Of a stretch of DNA of 64,000 nucleotides, positions 28,655 through 37,931 are shown one piece after another; within the stretch, counting starts at the first letter, position 1, and every line of letters begins with the position of its first letter. This DNA is from a bacterium UBP4_UBA6127 (GTDB lineage: Bacteria > UBP4 > UBA4092). The translations under genes were made by a program, and so were the position numbers. The DNA is taken from NCBI GenBank assembly GCA_002428325.1, contig DIVR01000026.1:9219-73218 (forward strand), read 5' to 3'. The notes beneath the pieces were generated by a model, which searched no databases, was not told the DNA's origin, and saw nothing but the letters and a program-made list of their open reading frames with translations.

Positions 28655-29830
28655 TTAACGTAAATACAGAGGGTTTGAGAAGAGCCAGGCCCGGTTATTG
28701 AGAGTTAATTCAACCCGATAGACCCCGGCTTTTTCAGGGGGATAAGCCAAATAATCCCCTAGAGATTCTTTAAGGAGTTCACCATCTCTTATCAAACGGA
28801 TTCCAGCCTCCGGATGGGGAGATTCAATTTTTAAGGTCATACCTTTTCGGAAAGGAATCGTATCTCCCATAATTCCCAAAATCTCTTCATCCTCATCGGT
28901 AATAGAAAACATAAAACCTTTGGGAGAATGCAACAAATCATAAGAAATATAACAATGCCCTTTTTGGAGGGAATCGAAAACCTTTTGGGAATCAGTTTTC
29001 CATTCTCCAATAAAAGGGTTTGCCAGGATATGGGTCCGGATGGTTAAAAAGCTTTCAAAATAGGGAAGAATAATGCCGGTTCGAAAAGGAAGAATCGAGA
29101 GGGCATGAGCATCCAGGCCACCAATGGCTACCAGGGGATGGGATTGGCATAACCGATCCCAAGTTTCCAGGGTTCTTGAATCTGGCCCTTGAATATAATA
29201 ATCCGGATTATTGATATGCTTCAGGAAATTAAACCAATGTAAGTCTTCTGCCCAGTCCCCCAGATAGGACCACAATTCAATCCCGGCAGGCCAAAGGCTG
29301 ACTTCTGATTCAGTTGATTTTCTGGATCGGCCAATATATTGGTCCAGAATATCCCAACGTTTCCAGGAACTATCCCCAATCAAAAACTGGTATCGGGCGC
29401 CAAAATGAGGGTGGCAAATAAAGGTTAGCCCCCCTTGTTGATGGATAAATTCAAGATAAGATTCCAAATGCTTTTTGGGGAAACCATTGGATTGGATATT
29501 CAGGGAAAGAAAATGCCCTGATTTACGGGTATATTCTTCACCGACAATAACCAAAGTGGAGGATTTCAGGAAATCAATCGGACCGGATACCGATTGATTC
29601 TTATTACCCTTCGACTCATGCCAGCCTTCTGCCCCTGCCTGTCTTGCTTTGATATTGTTATGGTCGCTGATGACCATAAAATCCACCTGCGCCCGTTGAG
29701 CCGCCTGGATAACCTCATCAACCGTACCCGTCCCATCCGAAAATCGAGTATGGATATGTAAAATACCAGAATAATCTATTAATTCATTCATCATGGGGAT
29801 TTCAATCGAAGGTTTGGTTTCATCAGCCAA
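28655..29830 (-). CDS. PHP domain metallohydrolase (CehA/McbA-like)
   Basis: N-terminal ILHIHTRFSDGTG...VDFMVISDHNN matches the PHP (polymerase/histidinol-phosphatase) metal-binding motifs. Confidence 0.65.
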   Translation of the reverse strand: MADETKPSIEIPMMNELIDYSGILHIHTRFSDGTGTVDEVIQAAQRAQVDFMVISDHNNIKARQAGAEGWHESKGNKNQSVSGPIDFLKSSTLVIVGEEYTRKSGHFLSLNIQSNGFPKKHLESYLEFIHQQGGLTFICHPHFGARYQFLIGDSSWKRWDILDQYIGRSRKSTESEVSLWPAGIELWSYLGDWAEDLHWFNFLKHINNPDYYIQGPDSRTLETWDRLCQSHPLVAIGGLDAHALSILPFRTGIILPYFESFLTIRTHILANPFIGEWKTDSQKVFDSLQKGHCYISYDLLHSPKGFMFSITDEDEEILGIMGDTIPFRKGMTLKIESPHPEAGIRLIRDGELLKESLGDYLAYPPEKAGVYRVELTLNNRAWLFSNPLYLR

Positions 29831-30067
29831 ACTAAATAAATCTTTAATAAGTTTACGCCACCCACAGGACTCAGGTCAATGGACTGTCCCTATTCCATGA
29901 AAGGTAATTGGGTTTCCGGCGTAACAGTTGCATGGGGGACACAACCATCCTAAAATAAGGAAAAGGTTAAAGAAAACCATATCTATTCGGAAAACTGTAG
30001 TATACTCACTTTTATGGAGATATATAGCAGTCAAGAATATTAATCAAGTAAATATCAAGATGATACC

Positions 30068-33000
30068 TTGCAATTTTGGGATAGTATTGCTGGCCCTCAG
30101 AAGGGGGATACTGAGAAAAGAAATGGGGTATTCACGTTGATTCTAACCAATCATGAGGGAAGAATCTTATATATCCACCCCAAGGATTCGGGGTTATGGA
30201 AAGATGAAGCCCCCCATCGGGAAGGGTCTCTCTTCATGGATGTTTTATCCCCAGACTCCCGGGAATTGTATAAGTCCCTTTTGGAAGCGATTGAAAACAA
30301 TAAACAACCCCCGCCAACGACTCTCCAATTATCCAGAGACGACAAACCCTATAACATCCAGTTAACATTAAAGGCAGTCCTTCCAGGTTCCAAAAAGGAG
30401 AAACCCCTGATTGCCCATGAAGTGACTTACCTGCCCTCTTTCCCTGGAATATCTAAAGAAAAATCTCCAAATCCTATGATTGAAGAACTGGTAAATAACC
30501 TCTCTGTCGGAATTTACAGAAATACGGGAGATCCTCAGGGCCGATTTGTCCTGGCCAATCAAGCGATGGTCACACTATTTGAAGCGGATTCTCTCGATGA
30601 TTTTCTTACTCACTCAGTCAGCGAGCTTTACCAGGACCCCGATTCCCGTAATCACTTTATCAGTAAAATCAATCGCCAGGGATTTGTTCGAAATGAAGAA
30701 CTGGAACTAAGAACTCTAAAAGGCCATAATTTTCTGGCTTCGGTCACAGCTGTCAAAATCAAACAGGATTCCGGGGACATTTATTATGATGGAATCATCG
30801 AAGATATTTCTGAACGGAAAGCCCTGGAAACTCTGCTCCATAAAACCAAACAGGATTTGGAAAGACAGATTGCTAAACGGACTCAGGAACTCAGGCATGC
30901 TAATCGCCAGTTAAAAATTGAGCTAATGAATAAAGAAGAAGCTGTCCGGCAAATTGAACTATCCGAACGCCGTTATCGGCAATCCATTATTCAAGCCAAT
31001 GCAGTCCCCTACCAGAAAGATTACCTGACCCATCAATATACCTATATGGGGGAAGGCATCTTTAATTTAACCGGATATACTCCTGAAGAATTCAATCAGA
31101 ATGGGTGGAAAGATATTATCCTTGAAGAGTATTATTTAGGAGAATTACGAGGATTATCCCAGGAAATTGCCCTTGAAAAAGCTCTTTCAGGAAAAATAAA
31201 GAATTGGCGTTCGGATATCCGTATTCGCAAGAAAGACGGCAGTATTCGATGGCTCTCCGATTCGTCCGTCCAGATGATTGACACAAATGGCAAAGCAATC
31301 GGTTCATTGGGAATTCTCCAGGATATTACCGAACGGAAAATGACGGAAGCCTCTCTGCGGCTGAGCGAAGCTCAATACCGGACGGTTGTTGAAGACCAAA
31401 GTGAACTTATCTGCAGATATCAGCCTGATGGGATTTTTACTTTTGTTAATGATGCTTTCTGCCGGTATTTCCAAAAAAGAAGAGAAGATATTATCGGACA
31501 GACATTCAAAGAGAGGATTTTACCTGAGATGACATCTGCCATGAAGCAGATCATCCTTTCACTGAACAAAGAAAATCCGGTCAAAGTGATTGAATTCCAA
31601 AGCAATCATCCGGAATATGGACTGAGATGGCATCAATGGACCAGCCGGGCCATCCTCAACGAGGATGGAACTATCACTGAATACCAGTCAGTAGGAAGAG
31701 ATATAACCGAACTTAAAAAAACCGAGATAGCTCTTAAAGAAAGTGAAAACCGGTTCAGAAAACTGGCAGAAACAGCGGCTGTAGCCATCTGTATCATCCA
31801 AGACCATAAGTTCAGATATGTGAACCCTAATTTCACCCAATTAACCGGATTTACCTTGGATGAGTTATTGGGAATGGATTTTTGGTACATCATTCATCCA
31901 GAACATAGGGAATTGATCAAAGACCGGGGTATCCGGCGCGAACAGGGAGAATGGATACTCCCCCGATATGAATTTAAAATCCTTACCCGAGACCAAGTCA
32001 CTAAATGGGTAGATTTTTCAGCGGGGATAATTGAACTGGGAGGTAAAAACGGGATTATTGGCAGCGCTCTGGATATTACTGAACGAAAAAAAATCGAAGA
32101 AAACCTGCAGAATCTTTCTCAGGCGCTGAAACAGAGTCCCAGCTCGGTTATTATCACAGATACCAATGGAATCATTGAATTTGTCAATCCCAAATTTACC
32201 CAGGTAACGGGTTATGAGGCAATGGAAGTCATCGGAAAGAAACCCAATATTTTGAAATCCGGGGAAATGAGCCAGCCATTTTACCGGGAATTATGGGAAA
32301 CCATATCTTCCGGAAAAGAATGGCATGGGGAGTTTCACAACCGGAAAAAAAGCGGGGAATTATTCTGGGAATATGCTTCTATTTCTCCTGTCAGAGACAG
32401 TAATAAGGAAATCCGCCACTATATCGCCGTTAAGGAAGATATTACCGACCGGAAACGGATGGAACAGGCTCTTCGCATCAGTGAGGAAAAAAACCGGGCT
32501 CTTCTTAATGCCATCCCCGATATGATTTTTCTTCTGACCCGGGAAGGTATTATTCTTGATTATAAGGCTGAGAATGTATCCGACCTCTATCTTTCCCCTC
32601 CCCAATTTATGGGCAGCAATATCATCAATGTGCTTCCCGGTGAAGTTTCACAACAGACAGCCATGTTCATACAAAAATCTTTCAAGACCAAACAGATTCA
32701 AGTTTTTGAATACCAATTGTTGGTTAATCAGATATTACAGGATTATGAAGCCCGTTTAGTCGTCTGTGGAGAAAACGAGATTGTGGCTATTATCCGGAAT
32801 ATAACCGACCGAAAGAAAATTGACCGGATGAAAAACGAGTTCATCTCGATGGTCAGCCACGAACTGAGAACTCCCTTAACCTCCATCATGGGAACCCTGG
32901 GACTCTTGGTGGGAGGCGTAAGCTTGAAACTGGAAGGCCCGGCAAAAGAATTGGTTGAAGTGGCCTACCGAAACAGTGAACGGCTCGAAAACCTTATCAA

Positions 33001-33550
33001 TGACATTTTAGACATTGAGAAAATCGAATCCGGCAAGATGGTCTTTCACATGAAATCGGTCCAGTTGAATGCACTCCTAAAACAGGCGGTTGAAATCAAC
33101 CACCCACTGGAAGATAAATTTAATATCCGGTTTGAAATCATCAGCACCGTTGACAAAGACTGGGTGTACGCTGACCCCGAGAGGCTGATACAGGTATTGA
33201 CCAACCTGATGTCTAATGCGGCGAAATTTTCTCCACCACAGGATATAGTCCAACTCATGCTGGAGGAAAAAGATTATTACTACCGGATCTCCGTTATTGA
33301 CCATGGTTCAGGGATTCCCAAGGCTTTTAGAAAACATATATTTGAGAAATTTGCTCAAGCAGACTCTTCAGATTCCAGAAAACAGGGAGGAACAGGTCTG
33401 GGATTAAGTATCTGCAAATCCATCATTGAAAAAATGGGCGGGAAAATAGGTTTCAAAGCCCAATATGACCAGAAAACCACCTTTTTCTTCGATTTACCCA
33501 AATGGGATGAGAAATGCAAGCAGGATGATTATATTACCTTTGGAATTTAA
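30068..33550 (+). CDS. Soluble multi-PAS sensor histidine kinase (about 6 PAS/PAC modules, HisKA, HATPase_c; no TM, no receiver)
   Basis: Repeated PAS/PAC signatures (DITERKK, DITDRKR, GIIEDISERK). HisKA H-box FISMVSHELRTPLTSI. ATPase N/G boxes (LMSNAAKFS, GGTGLGLSICKSIIEKMGG). Only a TTG at 30068 opens the frame, so the true start may be a downstream ATG. Confidence 0.85.
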   Translation: MQFWDSIAGPQKGDTEKRNGVFTLILTNHEGRILYIHPKDSGLWKDEAPHREGSLFMDVLSPDSRELYKSLLEAIENNKQPPPTTLQLSRDDKPYNIQLTLKAVLPGSKKEKPLIAHEVTYLPSFPGISKEKSPNPMIEELVNNLSVGIYRNTGDPQGRFVLANQAMVTLFEADSLDDFLTHSVSELYQDPDSRNHFISKINRQGFVRNEELELRTLKGHNFLASVTAVKIKQDSGDIYYDGIIEDISERKALETLLHKTKQDLERQIAKRTQELRHANRQLKIELMNKEEAVRQIELSERRYRQSIIQANAVPYQKDYLTHQYTYMGEGIFNLTGYTPEEFNQNGWKDIILEEYYLGELRGLSQEIALEKALSGKIKNWRSDIRIRKKDGSIRWLSDSSVQMIDTNGKAIGSLGILQDITERKMTEASLRLSEAQYRTVVEDQSELICRYQPDGIFTFVNDAFCRYFQKRREDIIGQTFKERILPEMTSAMKQIILSLNKENPVKVIEFQSNHPEYGLRWHQWTSRAILNEDGTITEYQSVGRDITELKKTEIALKESENRFRKLAETAAVAICIIQDHKFRYVNPNFTQLTGFTLDELLGMDFWYIIHPEHRELIKDRGIRREQGEWILPRYEFKILTRDQVTKWVDFSAGIIELGGKNGIIGSALDITERKKIEENLQNLSQALKQSPSSVIITDTNGIIEFVNPKFTQVTGYEAMEVIGKKPNILKSGEMSQPFYRELWETISSGKEWHGEFHNRKKSGELFWEYASISPVRDSNKEIRHYIAVKEDITDRKRMEQALRISEEKNRALLNAIPDMIFLLTREGIILDYKAENVSDLYLSPPQFMGSNIINVLPGEVSQQTAMFIQKSFKTKQIQVFEYQLLVNQILQDYEARLVVCGENEIVAIIRNITDRKKIDRMKNEFISMVSHELRTPLTSIMGTLGLLVGGVSLKLEGPAKELVEVAYRNSERLENLINDILDIEKIESGKMVFHMKSVQLNALLKQAVEINHPLEDKFNIRFEIISTVDKDWVYADPERLIQVLTNLMSNAAKFSPPQDIVQLMLEEKDYYYRISVIDHGSGIPKAFRKHIFEKFAQADSSDSRKQGGTGLGLSICKSIIEKMGGKIGFKAQYDQKTTFFFDLPKWDEKCKQDDYITFGI

Positions 33551-33662
33551 TCCAACATATTCTCCGGAAGAAGAAATCACGAAACACCCCAATTTATATT
33601 AAAATGAAATATGTTAACAAGAAAATAAGAAAGCTCATAAAGGAGAACCTGTTTGACGATTT

Positions 33663-34415
33663 ATGGACTATAGACCATTACATAAAATCATGCTGGTTGA
33701 AGATGACACCGATATCCAGCAAATCGTTGAAATTTCCCTAAGCTCAATGGGGGGGTATGAAGTGTTGGTATGTACTTCAGGATATGAAGCCCTTGAGAAA
33801 GCAGGAATATTCGATCCGGATATCATTTTATTGGATGTCATGATGCCCGGTCTGGACGGGCCCAGCACTCTCAGGGGTTTAAGAGAGATTGCTACGACTT
33901 CCAAAACACCGGTTATTTTCCTAACCGCCAAAGTCATGCCCCAGGAAGTTGATGAATATAAAAACATGGGTGCCGTGGATGTCATATCCAAACCCTTTAA
34001 TCCCTTGACCCTGGCCGACAGGATTAATAAAACATGGGAGACACTCTATATTCAGGCCCCCTCCCTATTTACCAAAAGCCCCAAATTAGTTCTTTTAGCA
34101 AAAAAATATGGAAAACGCCTTCCAGAAAAATGGATTGAGATAAATTCCAGCTGGATATCCTGGCAAGAAAATCCTGACAGCCCATATTCCCATGTTCAGG
34201 AACTCATCCTGCTGACCCATAAATTGGCTGGCTCAGCGGCGACCTATGGATACAAGGAGGTCAGCGTGGCGTCTAAGGAAATCGAAAAATATCTAGAAGC
34301 ATTACCCTCCAATAGAAATGATTTAAGCCCCAAAGAAAAAGGACATATAGAACATCTCATTAAGCAACTCGAAAAAGCAATCCGGACAGAAGAAAAGCCT
34401 CAATCCAACAGATAA
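33663..34415 (+). CDS. Response-regulator receiver domain protein with C-terminal Hpt-like domain
   Basis: REC motifs (MLVEDD, phospho-acceptor LLDVMMPGLDG, FLTAK). C-terminal HKLAGSAATYG resembles an Hpt phosphotransfer histidine. Confidence 0.7.
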   Translation: MDYRPLHKIMLVEDDTDIQQIVEISLSSMGGYEVLVCTSGYEALEKAGIFDPDIILLDVMMPGLDGPSTLRGLREIATTSKTPVIFLTAKVMPQEVDEYKNMGAVDVISKPFNPLTLADRINKTWETLYIQAPSLFTKSPKLVLLAKKYGKRLPEKWIEINSSWISWQENPDSPYSHVQELILLTHKLAGSAATYGYKEVSVASKEIEKYLEALPSNRNDLSPKEKGHIEHLIKQLEKAIRTEEKPQSNR

Positions 34416-34527
34416 CCAGGAGGGAGCCATCCTTTTCTCCAACACCCCATGATAAAACCTCATTATTATCATGCAGGATGCTATAATAAGTCCTGAAACA
34501 CAATTTAATTGAAGGAGTAAATCCACC

Positions 34528-34887
34528 ATGACCCATCAGAGAATCATGCTTCGTTCCAAAATACATATGTGCCGAGTGACCGATTGCCAAATCGATTATG
34601 AAGGCAGCCTTGCATTGGATAAGGAGCTGATGGAAGAAGCGGATATGGTGGAATATGAGAAAATCCTGGTAGCCAATATTACCAATGGGGAACGTTTTGA
34701 GACTTATCTCATCGAAGCACCCCGGGGGTCTAGAACAGTCATGCTGAATGGCGCCGCAGCCCGATGTGGGGTTCCGGGAGATAAGCTGGTTTTATTTACT
34801 TTTTTCCAAACGGATACAGACTCCTCCTATCAACCCCGAATAATTCTCTGCGGGAAAGATAATGAAATCTTGAAGAAAATTGGATAA
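34528..34887 (+). CDS. panD: Aspartate 1-decarboxylase
   Basis: MLRSKIHMCRVTDCQIDYEGSLALD...ERFETYLIEAPRGSRTVMLNGAAARCGVPGDKLVL matches PanD, including the G-S self-cleavage site region. AAGGAG RBS. Confidence 0.9.
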   Translation: MTHQRIMLRSKIHMCRVTDCQIDYEGSLALDKELMEEADMVEYEKILVANITNGERFETYLIEAPRGSRTVMLNGAAARCGVPGDKLVLFTFFQTDTDSSYQPRIILCGKDNEILKKIG

Positions 34888-35022
34888 TCCATATATAAAT
34901 CCTGCAAAATATCAGAAGGTGTGCGCCTTGATTAGCTCCAATCATAGAAATCAGTGGACAAAGAAACCTTCTCCATTGATAATAATGACAAAATCTTGAA
35001 TTTAATGAACTAACGATAAATC

Positions 35023-37923
35023 ATGAATCCAAAGAAGGCTTTTGAGGAAAAACTAAACGGAAAACTGGATCCCCTTGAGGTTTTGAGGGAAATAAATTAT
35101 CGAATTGACACGATTACCACCCATACCCATACACTTCGTTGTTTTTGTCCAATTCATAAAGAAACTGTTTTCCGAACTTTGACAGTAAACACCCAGAAAA
35201 AATGTTTTAAATGCGGGTTTAATTCCTGTGAAGGTTTCGTGGAAAGTGATTTAATAGAGTTGTATGCTAAGTCAAAAAACATCAGCCGGGATGAATCAAT
35301 TTTATTTTGGGCTGAGAAGATTGGCTTATCCGCAGAAATCCCCCCGGATGAAGAAGTAAAACCAACTCCTGAAAAAAGTAAAATTCCACTGGAAGATAAT
35401 CCTAAAAAGCCCTCTACAGTCAATAAAGATATATCCCAGGAGATCAATACGGCTTCCACCGCAAAAGGCACGGGGAAATCTAAAGCCAGTAAAATTTCCG
35501 AAGAAGAACAGCAGAATAAAATCATCCAATTCATAAATGAAAAAAAGATGAATGAAGCAGTTGCCCAGTTAAATCAGCTTTTGTTAATCAACAGTAAGAA
35601 TCTTTGGGGAAAAGAAGCTTTAGGCAGAATCCTTTTAGAAAAGGGAGATTTAACTAAAGCCGGACCCTTACTGGAAGAAGTGGCTTATTTTGCGATCGAG
35701 AATACTGATTTTACAAAAGCCGTGGAGATATTCCAAACTCTCATTGAAAAGAAGCCCGACAATATAAAATGGCGTAATCCCCTCATTAACCTTTACTTGC
35801 AGTTAAACCGCCAGGAAGATGCCCTGACGGATATGAATCAGCTGGCAGACCTGCTTTTAAAACAAAAGAAATACCAAGATTTATTGGAAATCTACGATAA
35901 AATCAACACTTTGAAACCGGATAATGTTGAGACTAAAAAGAGTCTCATCAAACTTTGCCACCAGGTTAACCAGACCAATAAAGCCCTGATATATACCCTT
36001 GAATTAGTTGATATCTATTTAAAATATGAACAGATAGAAGAAGCGTTAAACTTATTGACCGAGACAATAAAATCCGCACCTGGAAACACTGATTTACGCC
36101 GAAAACTTATCGATATTTTAGTTAGCCAGGGGAAATCCAGCCAGGCAGTCAAAGAACTGGAAGCTCTGGCTCTGGAATATACCAAATTAAAAGATTCCGC
36201 CTCTGCCGCTCAGATATATAAAGAAATATTCAAGCATGATACCCATAACATCAAAGCCCTTCGCACCTTGGCGGAAATCTACGAAAAAACGGAATCCACC
36301 TCAGAATTAGCTGAGATTCACTTCCAGATGGCATCAGTCTTATTGACCGACCAGAAGATCCAACCCGCCATAGATATTTTGGAAAAACTTCACCAGAGCC
36401 AACCTGCCCATGAAGAGATATTAAGGACTTTAATCGGATGTTATCTCCAGATAAAACAATCAGAAAAAGCAATCGACTGTTTATTGAAACTGGCAGACCA
36501 ATATCGCGAGAAAAAAGACCTTGAAAACTCATTAAAATGTTCTATGGATGTTCTGGAGATTAATCCGGATTCCATTCCAGCCCACGAAAGGCTGGTAGAT
36601 ATCTATCATAAGGCCAAGAAACTGGATCAAGCTGTCTTTCATCTGAATCGAATAGCGGAAATTTACCTCAAGAATGAAACGCTTGATCAAGCCAAGAAAG
36701 CCATTCGAATCGCCCTGAAATTTCCCGTCAGGAAACTATCCTCATTGAATCTTCTGGCCGATATTTATCGGAAAGAAAATTCAAAGCCCAAACTCCTGGT
36801 TATCCTGAGAATTCTGGCACAGGAATATATTCGTCAGCAAAAAAAGGAGGAAGCAAAATCCACTCTTGAAGAAGCCAATGGCATCCAACCGGATTGTCCA
36901 TCAATCATCGCTCTTCAAGGGTCCTTGCACCTATTAGAGAACCAACAGGATGAGTATATTGCTGCCATCCGAAAAGCTTGCGCTTTATATGGAAAAGCCG
37001 GTAATCATCGAAAAAACATCAAATTACTTCAGGAAGCCTGGGTCATGAATCCAGATGATGATACCCTTTTCAACGACCTGATTAGTTCCATGATCCAGAG
37101 TGGAGAACAACTCAAGGCGTCAGAATTCCTGTTACGGAGAGCTCGCGACCATATCAAACAAACCAAGTTTCAGGATGCCCGCCAGGAATTAGTAAAAATC
37201 ATCCAGATTGAACCCAACCACCAGGAAGCCCTGAACCTGATTGCAAACATTTGCCTGCAATCAGGAGAAATCTCTGAAGCTGCCAATTATTATCTCAAAC
37301 TGGCCAATCTCTATCTGGAGTCAAATAAGTTTAAAGAAGCTGGAACTATCGGGCAAAAACTCATCAAGAGCGATCCCCGGCTGGTTGAAGGCCACCAAAT
37401 CCTGGCAACTGTATATCGACATTTGGAAAAACCCGATAAGGCCTTGAAACATTTGATGTTTATCGGAAAACTCTTGTTTGAAAAAGATCATATCGATGAA
37501 ACAATTTCACATTATAAACAATGCATGGAAGAATACCCTGAACAACTGGAATTTTATCAGGTTTTAATTGAGCTTTATAAAACTCAAAACCAAATTTCGG
37601 AAGCATTATCAGTGAGTCAGCAGCTTTCTTCCTGTTTAATAACCCTTAATAAAACAGAAGAACTGACTCTTTTATATCAATCCATGGTACTGCTAGACCC
37701 GGAAAATCTTGATACCCGATTATTACTGGCTGAACATTATATTAAGACCGGTTCTATCCATGAAGCCCTAATGGAATATGATGTCATCAGCGGGAAATAT
37801 CTTATCCTAAAGGATTACAAGAAAGTTAAACAGATTTACTTGAAAATGAAAGAGTTGTCACCTGAGATGGAAGAGATTGATGAAGCGTTCCATCAGCTGG
37901 AAAAATTAACCGCTAAATCCTGA
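35023..37923 (+). CDS. TPR-repeat protein (966 aa) with N-terminal primase-type CHC2 zinc finger
   Basis: N-terminus CFCPIHKETVFRTLTVNTQKKCFKCGF fits the zf-CHC2 pattern (C-P-x-H-x-E...C-F-x-C-G) seen in DnaG. The remainder is a long array of TPR-like helical repeats. Ends with TGA. Confidence 0.75.
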   Translation: MNPKKAFEEKLNGKLDPLEVLREINYRIDTITTHTHTLRCFCPIHKETVFRTLTVNTQKKCFKCGFNSCEGFVESDLIELYAKSKNISRDESILFWAEKIGLSAEIPPDEEVKPTPEKSKIPLEDNPKKPSTVNKDISQEINTASTAKGTGKSKASKISEEEQQNKIIQFINEKKMNEAVAQLNQLLLINSKNLWGKEALGRILLEKGDLTKAGPLLEEVAYFAIENTDFTKAVEIFQTLIEKKPDNIKWRNPLINLYLQLNRQEDALTDMNQLADLLLKQKKYQDLLEIYDKINTLKPDNVETKKSLIKLCHQVNQTNKALIYTLELVDIYLKYEQIEEALNLLTETIKSAPGNTDLRRKLIDILVSQGKSSQAVKELEALALEYTKLKDSASAAQIYKEIFKHDTHNIKALRTLAEIYEKTESTSELAEIHFQMASVLLTDQKIQPAIDILEKLHQSQPAHEEILRTLIGCYLQIKQSEKAIDCLLKLADQYREKKDLENSLKCSMDVLEINPDSIPAHERLVDIYHKAKKLDQAVFHLNRIAEIYLKNETLDQAKKAIRIALKFPVRKLSSLNLLADIYRKENSKPKLLVILRILAQEYIRQQKKEEAKSTLEEANGIQPDCPSIIALQGSLHLLENQQDEYIAAIRKACALYGKAGNHRKNIKLLQEAWVMNPDDDTLFNDLISSMIQSGEQLKASEFLLRRARDHIKQTKFQDARQELVKIIQIEPNHQEALNLIANICLQSGEISEAANYYLKLANLYLESNKFKEAGTIGQKLIKSDPRLVEGHQILATVYRHLEKPDKALKHLMFIGKLLFEKDHIDETISHYKQCMEEYPEQLEFYQVLIELYKTQNQISEALSVSQQLSSCLITLNKTEELTLLYQSMVLLDPENLDTRLLLAEHYIKTGSIHEALMEYDVISGKYLILKDYKKVKQIYLKMKELSPEMEEIDEAFHQLEKLTAKS

Positions 37924-37931
37924 GTTTCCAT

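Noticed and set aside
29928-30140. 70-aa ORF across the start region of the histidine kinase
   Set aside because: Highly basic low-complexity translation in a divergent promoter region; it overlaps the kinase N-terminus in another frame. Likely spurious.
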